Assembly: GCF_000002075.1 (NCBI RefSeq)
Contig: NW_004797486.1
Location: 867,806 to 931,805, forward strand
From: Aplysia californica
Lineage: Eukaryota
DNA length: 64,000 bases
Reading direction: 5' to 3'
Shown here: positions 26,801 through 38,800 of the stretch, in pieces
Position numbering within the stretch: the first letter of the stretch is position 1
Layout: every line of letters starts with the position of its first letter
Position numbers and translations under genes: made by a program
The notes under the pieces: generated by a model
The model's database searches: none
The model's input: only the letters and a program-made list of their open reading frames with translations
Told to the model about the DNA's origin: nothing

Positions 26801-29800
26801 AGGGAAAGAGATGGCCTCTTACAGTCGCCAATTGACGTTCTGTGGGGGCAAAGTGTTAAGCTAACTGGAATGTGAATATCAAAAGCATGGAAGAATGTGA
26901 TACTTTATATTTCTGTTTGAACATTATGGGCTCGGATCCAGGTGCTGTCTATTCTTTGTAACTAGAATGACTTTTTACTACATTTTTCTTTTATGTTTTA
27001 TCCTGCAAAGCACTTACATTTACAATGTATTATCAAAATGGATGAAGGGAATATGTCTTTACGGTGTTGTGTACTGTTCAGTTGTACCTTCTTTTGTTGT
27101 TCATCAGCTCAAGATTATGACAAGAGTATCAACAAGGCTAAAATTGTCCTGCAAGTCCGATCTCTCCTGGCAAGATGCTCAAAAGTTCACATAAAGAATA
27201 AGGAGAAACATCAGTCTTTTCAAAGTTTACTACAGGCAAGTGTAACTTTTGTGTTGATCATTGAAACACTTTGATATTTTTTAAAGTCTCACTTTTATTT
27301 TGGGTGGAAACATCTATATTCATTTTTCTGTGGGACTGCGCTGGTTCTTCTTACAATAAATTGTAACTGTTTGTATGGTAGACAGGGCTGCCTACTTCTA
27401 CTGATTTTTCTGGTATTTACCAATTTTGGACCTGTTCTACCGCCATATGGATAAAGTAGGTTGCATAAACTTGGCACGAAAGCTGACTGGTGGCCTTCTG
27501 AGCGTCTGGTTTAGATAAAAGCGGGGACTGAGTGTGCTCAAACGAAAGATGCTCTGTTATGTGACTGATTGCACAATCCTTTATATATGTCTCTTCAGTC
27601 AGGTTTAAGTCATGTTTTGCAATAAAGGGCTGCCCCATCCTGCATTATCCATTGCTGATCTCTTTCCTTGTAACCACAGGACCATCTCAAGGATTGTGCG
27701 AACTGATTTCATAACATTCAAATAACAATCTGCAGTGACTATTTGTGTGTCTCCTTCTTTATTGCAAAACGAAAATGACCATATCACTCATTGAGTGCTT
27801 AAAGCTACCCACGCTGTTTTTTTTCAACGTGCTTGTCTCTCTCATTCTTATCATGTGGTCTTTCTGTTACTCAATGCACATAATTCCTATAATTAATTTT
27901 TCCAGTCATGTAGGAATGAGCCAAATTGCTAAACCAAAGAGACGGTAGTAAATTCTCATTCTGTCTCACGTATCTGGAAAAACTACGCACACGTTTTTCT
28001 CTCCAAATCGTTGCCCAGGGTTATTCCTCGGTGCAGAGAAATGTGATATAGCTTCTTTTTCAGGTCATGCTTTAAGATCTGTAAGTCTGGGACTCGATGA
28101 AGCCTATTTCACCGTTGAGTGTCTGAACAGACTTCTTTGATTTCCACATTTTCCTCATTTTGCACTGTTTTGATAGGCCTTGGGTAGATTTCATTTCCTT
28201 GGTTTATGGATTTGATTGTGAGATTGGTATATATTGCATTATCCTTTGCCTCTTGATCTCAGTTTGTGTACTTTAGAAATGAAATGTTACTTGAAATTTC
28301 TAAATAACAATGGGGAAATGATGGTTTTCTTTAATGTTGACTTTTATCCTTTTTTTCCAGAGTCTGAGGGACATGGACAAAGCTCTCACTAGTAATCCAT
28401 CTCACGGAGAGTTAAAGAAGATTCACTCGAGTCTCATGAAATTGAAAATGGATGTGGATGGTGTGGAGAAATTTTCAGGTACTGGTAGTGATGTTTTATC
28501 TTGAAAAGTCAAGATTGTCCTGCGTTTAAGTATTGACGGTTTAGTAAATTCTCAGACTGTGTAAGTATTGCAGTTTTCAGAAATGTTCATTGCCATTTAG
28601 ATCTTTGATATATATCTATTTGACACCTTTATGTGTGGCTGGCCTGTGAGGACAATAAAGTGTTTGTTTCCTGTATTCACAAGACAGGCATGCCTGTCAC
28701 TAAGATAGGAAAAGTATGAGTGAGTTCTAACGAATTTCTTCGAAACAAACTAAGAATGTGATAATTTATGTGCATTGAATATCTTTAAAAAAATTATGAA
28801 TTAGATTTTTGGTGAGTTAAACAATTTTTCTTTTAACGACACACTTAACAAGAGCTACTTTCTGTTTTCCGTAAGCGTTTTACAGCGCTTGCAACTTGCA
28901 TAAGGTCATATGGGGGCGTGGAACACAATTTACATTTTCAGTTGGTAGGAAATTTTGAATTTTGCCGCGGTGGCGGGACTCTTATCGATTTAGGACCACC
29001 AAGGGATCTTTAGCGAGCGCAACTTTCACACAGTACCTCCGAGATATTTCGCCGTTATCCGAGAAGGCAAGGTGTGTAGATCTTACCTACCATAAGATCA
29101 GGGGTGTGGCTGAAAGACAGTAGTAAGAAGGAGCCAAGGAGTAGCACTAGAAAGGCTGCAGAAAGAGTCAGGAGCCCGGAGGAGGGGGTAAAGGAGGTGA
29201 AGGAGTGAGGGCAGAAAGTGGAGATGAAAGCAGATGACAGAACATTGCTAAAGAGCAGGAAAGGATGTGAAAGGAAAAATTTGAGAGAAGAGAATTTTTT
29301 GTCGCTATCCGGATTCGAACCCGAGACATTTAAATGTGAGGCAAACACCTCAACCTCTAGACCACGAGAGCCCCCTGAATGCTACTGAGTGACGAGGTGT
29401 TAATATAAGATACTGCATGAAGTGGTTTTAAAATGTGATCCATTCTTGTATAAAGTCGCTGCTGTTTTCGTTCAAATATACCATCAATGCAAGCCTCATT
29501 TTGAAATACTTTTCGAACCATCTAGACTATTGGGTGTTTTTTTTGGTTATAATAAACATAATCTGTCTTATGGGTCTTGCATTTGAAGTCACTGTGTTTG
29601 TAGATACTTTATCATTGTATGTTGTCTACCCAGAAACTGAAGATGCTTTGGCTGAACAGTTGCAGGAGGAGAAATCGAAAAAACGAGTTGAAGATTTGGC
29701 ATTGATTGATGCAAGAATAGGTGAATACAAAACAGCAGCTTTGAATGCAAAGAGGGATAATCAAGTTGAGCATGCCATAAAGCATTTCAAAGTATTGAAA

Positions 29801-32800
29801 GTGAGTATTGGTTTGTGAAGATTTGTCTGTGTATTTGATGAATATGTGATGTATTTTTCATGGAGGAAAGATGGAGGGAGAGACAAAATTATGTTGTACT
29901 TTTATGAACATGTGTTTGTTTGGGGATGCTAATACTAGATGATCGAAGAGAGTCTGAATATTGAGTCACATGGCTGCAAAGTTGCATCTTTGTTTGCACT
30001 CTGTTGATACCTCATTTTACAATAAAGTTCTCTATATAATCCTTTTCTTCCCAAGTGAATTCACCAGGAGATTTTCCCCACACCAAGTAAATTTTTGAAC
30101 TTTCAAGCTTAAGGATGTATGCAGAGGTATACCAATGAAAAGTGACACCTACCTAATGATTATCTGTGATATTCCTCTCAGTCTGTCTACAGGTATAAGT
30201 TTCTTCTCTCTGAATCCTTTCCATTGTTTGTCTACAGAGACCTTGTGCATGACCATGCATTTTTTGTACCACACCCGGCCCTCTCACAGGTGTAGATTTA
30301 TCTCCTGTATAGAATGTCTTTGTAGGGGTGCTTCCCTGAGGAAACATGGTCTTCCATTCCTATTATTATCATCTACAACACAATTTATTTCCATCACATA
30401 AATGGTATCAAAATCAACACCACTTTCAATAGTCTCTTCACTATCCTGATCCATAATAAATTCATCATTCAACACCTCAGCTTTGTAGGATCACTTTGCC
30501 ATCATTCATACTGTTCAAACTGTCTTACGTTCAAATGAATACTGAAACAGTTTTACAAAAGAATCAGATTTTCCTAGAGCACCCTCCCCCCCCCTCCCAC
30601 ACACACTCCTATTTCTGTGAAGCTTTTGTGATAAAAAGTAACAGTTACTTTTTAGAGGTATCACGTCAAATGGGAAATCCTCATGTGCAGGCAGCTGAGG
30701 ATGACTAGTAAGCATGAGAATCCCCATGTGTGGGCATGAAATGTGTTTGAAAAGTTTTCAGTAGGCAATGACATCATAACTTACTTCTTGGTATTATTTA
30801 TTTGTTTTTAATTGTACTTTCATGATAAAAATATGTTCTCAAAGTTGATGTTGGGAACAACCCCCCCAAAAAATTGAAATGCACTAAATGGTCTTAAGAT
30901 GATTAAAAATGTTTAATTTGCAATTTTCAGGGTCTGCAGTCTTTAAAGGAGCAGCTAGGAAGAGAAATTGATGTTGATATGACACTTGTGAGTATTCGGA
31001 CCTTGTGATGTATGGCAACTGCATGAAGCATAATTTTATGAGTTAAAATAAGTATTACTTAATGTGCACAGTGGAACTCGGATTTAACGAACTCTGATAC
31101 AATGAAATCTTGGATGCAACAAAAGGAGTTGGATGGATTCCCCATTTTTTAGATGAATAAAAATCAATAAAAAATAACTCAGATTTAATGAACACATAAA
31201 TGAGCAAGCTTGGATTCAACGAAGTTGCTTGCAGGTTGAACAGCCCCTGCTGATGTGGCTTCGCTAGTTTTTCTCCCGCAACGAACATGATCATTTCCTG
31301 GAAACCATCCATGGCCCCTGCATCGTGAACCATTATCACTTAGCCTATTGTTTATATCTTATGCAACCAATCAGCGGCCTTCTTTCCATGTGACTGTGTG
31401 TGCATGTGTTTGGGGCGGAGGAGGCACAAGCGTTCCGGAAGTGGAATGTCAGTAGAGATTTGTTTCCTTTGGCTACTAATGAATTATATTACAATGATAA
31501 GCACGTCCTGACATAGATCTAATTAATGAACTGTGTGCGGGACTGTGGAATCAAATGTTGCTGTATGCTAGGCTCTACACAGCAGCATAACGTTTTCAAT
31601 AAACAATATGTTATAGATGACAGATGATACAGGCTTGCATTTGAATGAAATGACCCTTTTGCATAGTGTATGCTTGGTAGAGTTCAGTGTAATTTCTAGG
31701 AATTTTCCAGCATTTCTTCGGTATGGGATCATACAAACGAAAATGCCTCTCATTTGAAACCAAACTACTTTTGATTGCTTGTAATTATCTACACAAGAAC
31801 CTCATGTTTGCTGTAAGGTACGCTCGGATTTAATTAAATTGAAGGTCAGGCCTGACGACTTAGTTGAATCAGAGTTCCACTGAATCTAGTTGTCTAGCGA
31901 TGCCTTATACTTGAACATAAACTTTAACATAAATTAAGAAATATTCTTACAATTTTTTTTGCTCAGGTGCCACCACCTCCTCCTGTGTTCACCCCAGTGA
32001 ATGAGTCTCAGCCTCCGCTACCCTCAGCTAGAGATGGCCCGGTGAGAAATTATGCTCTTAATGCTTTCAATGCTCCTCCTGGGTTTTGTGGGGATGTCTG
32101 TTGACCTTTGTGTAGATCTCACCCTTGCTATAGATTGTTTCCACGCAGTTTAGCACTTGAGGAATCCTTGGGAAAATTGAGTAAGCTCTCAAATTGGAAG
32201 CTGGCTGAAAAATATCATTTGATCTGAGAAAGAAATGCGAATTTGTCTATGTCCTGCTTCAGTGATAATGAATATGGAGGATTGGGTGGGGGAAGATGAA
32301 GGAGTTAATGAATGTTGCTGTCTACACTCTACATAATACATACCTGTACAGAACATCTAAATGTTGGGGATATGGGGTGGTCACTTTATGGTTTTTTATT
32401 GATTCAGGTTTCTTTCCTTTCACTTAATCAATGAGACTGACTTGGCTTCAAGCAGTAGTGAAAAGTTCACACCTCTCAAGTGCTATCCTTGCCTCTCTGA
32501 TAGTGGCATGTGTCGGTCTTACTTATCCACTGCCATGAGTTCTTGCATCACTGTTAGAAAAACAGATATGATTGAAGATTTCCTTTATTTCCACCCTTAA
32601 CCCCACCCATCGATGTAATAAGTACAATCAACCAATGCCACCACTCCCCTGCATGTAACAATGATTCAAAGAAATTTTTGTCTTGGTTGGCTGAAGATTA
32701 GGGTGGCAGGCAATGGTCAAATTAATTTCATATTCTGGCTACTGATGGAATTTCTTTGCTGGAGTGTTACTTGAGCTATTTCACAGGCGATGGTGAGATT

Positions 32801-35800
32801 TCACACCCACCTCATGTTGACCAACTACATTGCTCACTTGGATTAGGGCAAGGTCTATCCCCACACAGCATCCCTTCCCTCTTTCCTCTCCGGGAGGCAA
32901 GGCATAAAGGCTTAAGCCGATAAAATCGAAGTTGGGAGTAATACTTTAAATTAGGACTCTGAGAGCAAAGAGTTTTTCATCTCAGATAGGTTGAAACCCT
33001 TCAGGGAATTTTTCTTTCTGTTTTTATTTTGAGCAGGATTCTGATTTTAAGAAGTAATTAAAGAAGAATTTATCAATGGGGGAAATGGGGAGATTCTGTT
33101 ATGACAGATTTCTGTCTTGGACAGGTTTTCATTAAGACAGGTTCGACTGTACTTGCTTTTCAGGCTGGTTCCAGTGTGAATGGTGCTGCAGCGGATCTGT
33201 CTCCTGTCCTCCTTAAACCTCCCTTGGAGACGGCAGAAGACAGACTGGCCAAGCAGTTATCCTCATACCTCGATGAAGGAAATACAATGAACGTTGCAAG
33301 TGTCACGAATAAGAACTCAGAAAGTGGTGCTGTCAGTCAGCCTGAGTCTGTTTCTCTGAAGGCAGAGAATCCACCTGTAGAGGCCAATGAAAATTCGGAT
33401 ATTTCAGGTAATTCTAAAAATAGCAGTAGCAGAAGCCTGAGTTTGGATGAGATTGGCTCATTGCCGTGTGGTGAAGGTGGAGTGGAGCCACGTAGAAATG
33501 ATGATGTGCTGCCACAGGAGGAGAGCTCTGAGACATCCCCTGGGGCAGAGTTCAAAGTTGATGGGGCATTAAGAGATATTAAGCCACAGTTGGAAGAGCC
33601 TTCTCAGAATCCAGATAATGCTTTGTCATTCTCAGCAGCTAATGAAATTTCTTCATCCCCTGTGACAGAGTCATCTTTTAATGAAAATGTACAGGAGTTT
33701 GATGAGAAAAATACAAAAGGTGGAGATGGTTGGGGGGAAGGTGACGTCACGTCTGGAAGAACGCAAATGTCCGGTATAGCAGAGACGACTTCTGCAGTGG
33801 AGGAGGAGGCCCCAAGCCCTCCAAGAACTTCTGAAATCTACAACAGGAAAACTTTGGACAGTGTTGGTTTTCTTTCATGTCAAAATGTGCCTCAAGTTAC
33901 ATATAATCAAGAGAGCTTAATTGAAAGCTCTGCTTTAGTGCCTTCTGCTCAGATTTTCCCACCCGGTGTAAGAGAGACAATCAGTGAGGAAGTTAATAAT
34001 GTTTCTAAAGAAATACCAAGCTCACCAACACAGTCTGTAGAGCCATCGATTGATAATGCAGAAACTGTTTCGAATGATGTGGGAGGATTTCACAGTAGTT
34101 CTGGAGACCGGAAAATTGATGTAGAAGAGTGTGCAGTGGAGGGGCTTTTGTTGCCAGAGGAAGCAGGCACTCAAAGCTTGAAGGAAAAAAGTGCAAGCCA
34201 TTTAGTTATAAGTGATGCCCACCCACACTCGTCTCTTTCTTCCATTGATGGTCAAGTCACATCTACTGCACCTACTTCCCTTTCTGCTACGCAAGTGAAT
34301 GAGGGCGAGGTTGCCAGACCAGTACTTGACAGCTCTTCAAATCTACCAGACGTGACAGGAGGAGCGAATAGTTTAGAAGCCAACCTTAATGTAAAGAACA
34401 CTGTGCAGATACAGGACAACACAACAGAAATTCATTCAGATTCTGGGGTGTCAGCCACTTCAGCAGAATCACTGTCAAATCCAACAGAGCTGAAAGACAC
34501 ATCTCCTGTGACACCTCAAGAGCTGCTTGTTGGTTCAATGAGTTCTGAGACTGTGTTGAAATCAGACCCATTTAAGAATGAGAAATCAACTGGTGACTCT
34601 ATCTCTGCTAATGATGATTTAGAATTCCAGGATTTAATGGAGTCCATGTCGATGCCGAACATATCGGCTCAGGCGATACCACCTGTTTCCAGCGGTGGCT
34701 TAGATTCACTCTCAGTAAATGATGCTTCTTCGTCATCCGATACACATTCCTTGCCGGCTATACCTGGTTCACCAACATCTTGTGATAGAGAAAAATTGAG
34801 ATCAGTCCAGAAATCTGTCCCTCCTTCCAATTTTTCTCTAAGTAATCAAAATAATGAAATGGAGCACCAGGGATTGATGTTAAAAAATAACGTTTGTGTT
34901 TCTGACCAAGTGAATTTTGGGTCAAATCCTGCAACCATCAGCTCCCTGCCTCCTGTGTTATTGGTATCAAAAGAATTCTCCTCAGAGCCGCAGAACATTC
35001 CCACCTTTGAGAATGTGACCCAGCCACGTGGCCCTGATCTGTCGCTCCCGTTCTCCAGTGGTCACGCACCACCCATTCACAGTAGTCCAGGCAGTGGGAG
35101 TCCTGTGGTGAGACGATCTCCCATCAAACAATGTCCTTCAATGACGCAAAATGGACAAGGTTTTGACTTGAGGGACATTAAGATGATGGATCCAAATGCT
35201 GGAAATACAGAGTAAGTGCTGATTTTGGTTAAGTGTCTACTGTCAGTCACTACACCTGACCAATTGTCTTGTGTCTGTCAGACCAACAGTCTTTGTTGCC
35301 TTTCTGCTTTTAGCATGTTTTCTTCATGTCAATCTTTGTATTTTTTATTTTTTTTCTGCTTTTAGCATGTTTTCTTCATGTCAATCTTTGTATTTTTTTT
35401 TTTTCTGCTTTTAGCATGTTTTCTTCATGTCAATCTTTGTATTTTTTTATTTTTTCTGCTTTTAGCATGTTTTCTTCATGTCAATCTTTGTATTTTTTTT
35501 ATTTTTTTTTATCTATCTCCTTTTTAGGCATTCTTAGTTGTTGTCCTGCAGGAGACTGGAGTTGGCACTGTTGGCTTCTCTTTCTTTACTTTTCCGTTAT
35601 TGTTTCTGTCTGCTGGTCTTGCTTTTTTCCAGCACTAATTGCAATGACAGTTATTGACTAATTGACGACAGTTTTGTTTTCAATTCTGTGGAATATATAT
35701 ATTTACTAAATAAAGATGATAAGTGGGTAGTTGGCGGGTGCTCTGGTGTGGTTTGCTCCTTCTTTCCTATCAAACATCTATCGTCCTTATCCCCCCCCCT

Positions 35801-38800
35801 CCTTCTTTTTTATGTTTGTTACTCTCTTGTAACACCTCTAATCTTCTGGTGCTCATATGACCTTATGCAGTTACGAGCGCCGTAAAATCTCTACTAGAAA
35901 AAAAAAAAAGATGATAATTTAAAAAACCCATTCTATTACAATAATAAATTTGATCCCCTTTGGAAATTTGTTTTACAAAGGCATACACAAACACACAAAT
36001 ACGTTCTTTCAAAGATGCATGAATAATTCTCAGTATCACATATATTGACAGTCCACCCATCATTTCTGGTCGCCACTCTACAGCACCGTTTTAGAAATAA
36101 GAGTTAACGTATGTTCCCCAAGGACATACCCCAGAGACTGCCTTTGTGAATGCTATGTCACCGACACAAACTTGCCCTGTTTGTGCAGCTTTGAATCAAA
36201 ACAGAAAAGTGGACGCTCATATTTTAAAAAAGTGAATTTGGAAAGCTGGGGTTCTGATTTGGAGTATTCTTAATTCTATACTGATATACAGCAATGGAAA
36301 CTTTCAATTCTATAGATTTTTTAATGCTCAAAATCATGAAAATCCAGCTTTGTCATGCTCTTACAAATATTGGCTGCTGCCTTTGTATAGATTCTGAGCT
36401 CTGAAGAGTCTGTGGTTTCTTCTTAAAAGTGACACAAAGGTTGGCGTCGCCAGAATTGTTTATATATACATTCTTTTTTATTTTTTGGTATGTATATTTG
36501 TAAAGTCTAAAAATTACACATCTTGTGTGTGGGTGGTTGACAGGTGCTCTGGTGTGGTTTGCTCCTTCTTTCCTATCAAACATCTATCATCCTTATCTCT
36601 ACTCCTTCTTTTTTGTGTTTGTTTCTCTCTTGTAACACCTCTAATCTTCGGCACTTATATGACCTTAGTGTGTTGCAAGTGCCGTAAAACTCTTACTAAA
36701 ACAAAACATCTTGTGTCTGTGTTTGGTGGGCCCTGTGTCTTCTTCAATTATTTTCAGTGTTTTTGTTGTCCCAATCTGTTCCAAATAGAAGTTGACTGGT
36801 CATACTGACTAACCACCAGCTACCTCTCAACTGCTTGCCACATGCTTTTTTCAATTTCTTACGAGAAATAATGAGAAAGATTTTCTGCTACTGTGGCTCA
36901 TCCATATCCCTAGTACGTCGAAACACTTAATCATTTTTCTGAGACGCTGGTTAAGCTTACAAGTTGAATTCAACACATTAAACTTTAATAATTAGTTGTT
37001 GAAACAATCAAGACTTACCTGTAAGTTGATGATTGTATGTTTCTGATTTTGACGATATGTCATCGGGAATGGAGTGGCAATATATGGGATGTGCGCTAAC
37101 CGATCCAGTCACTCTTCAGCCAGTCACAGTAGATATGAGCATGCAAATAGTGTTATAGTACAACTGTGGCATGCACAATATAATATGATATTGTTATATA
37201 GCAATATAAATGAACTAAGCTTTGTATGTCATACATATTGGGAGCGATTAAGGGAGGGCATATTACCACTCCATTCTTGACTACAGATTCTCAAAATCAG
37301 AAACAATCATCAACTTATAGGTAAGTCTCGATTATTTCTATAATTTTAACTCAACTGCTGGTCAGGCCCTCTGTAGTAATATGGGATTTCAAAGCCTGAC
37401 TCCCTTGATAATCATTGTCAGGAGGGCAGAACAGGTCCTCTATTATCTTGCCATCTGATAACAGATTTCCAGTCTCCTCAAGGTTTGAATGAAATGCTTA
37501 GGTGGTCTCAGTCACATTTCTTGTCCATTTCTCGCTGCTTTTGTGTTAGCGCTTCTTTTTGCGCTTTGGAATGGGGGACTCACAAGAAATAGAAACAGAC
37601 TTTTTCCTTTTCCTTTTATTTTTGCACCCATTGACCTCAGCAATTATTCAGTCGCCTCCATATTTCTTTTAAGGACATCTTTCATAAAAATCATTGTCTT
37701 GCTGAACAAAGGAGGGAAATTTCATATTTTTGTTCACTGCGTCGGCTTGTGGAAGGTTCAGTAACAATCTTTGCTTCCGCAAAAATCTCATCCCCATCCA
37801 AATAGGGATCGTGTACAGACACAATGTGTTCTATTTCCATCATGATTTGTGATTGGAATCGAAACCGATAAAATAAAGGTTTAGAAGTTTTGGAAACTCT
37901 TCTTGAGCAACTTTGTGGCAATGTTTTATGTTCACTACATGTGTATTATTTCATGTGCTGAAAAAACATTTTTTCGTGGTAAATGTGTATACTTATGGCA
38001 TGACTTCTGCTGAGTCAGTTTATTTCTCTTGAACTCAAGTTGAGAAGTTGAAGAGCTGCAGAGGTGATGGGAATCTTCTCAGCGCTGGGTTTCATAAAAT
38101 CCCTTGTCTGAGTTCGTAATAGGCTGCCATCTGAGTTGCATAGCTAAGTGCATTTGGGATACTGATCCACCTGCTTTCGTTATAACTGAAATTCCGGTAC
38201 TTTTGGTTCTATTGGTATTTAGAGACTAGCATGTAGTAACCCATACAGTAATTCAACAAATAACAAATTATCCAATGGGGACTTTGCAAAATGTTTTTGT
38301 TTGTTACAGGGTGACTCTCAGATGTCTGGAAAACCTCAAGTATGATTTTCTCTTGGCAGAGACAAAGGCAAGTAAAGTATAGTTTTGAATGGAAAGAAAA
38401 AAAGCATTGCTCTTTAGAAAAATGATACATTGTCGTAGTTTAAAGAACAAGTCAAGTGAGGTTTTTTTTGGTGGGTTTTTTTAGCTTGTCTCTTAATAAT
38501 GAAATCTATACTCGAACCTGGGGTCTCTTGTGGTTTAGAGGTTTGGTGTTAGCCTCTCATTCAATAGGTCTCGGGATCCAGACTTGACAGTGACTGAAAA
38601 TTTTCTTCTCTAAAATATTTTCTCTTTTCACCTTACTTGCTCTCTAATTATATGCTGTCATCTGCTTTTGTCCTCACATTCTGCCTCCTTCATTCCCCTT
38701 CCCCCCTTGTTCCTTCCTCTGAGCTCTGGACTCTTTCTGCTGCCTTTCTGCTGCTGCTCCTTGGCTTCTTATTTCATGCTTTCTTTTAGTCACACCCCTG

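Noticed and set aside
33101-35215. 704-aa ORF as a stand-alone intronless gene
   Set aside because: An in-frame acceptor at 33163 and a donor at 35212 link it to the flanking DM14 and C-terminal exons.
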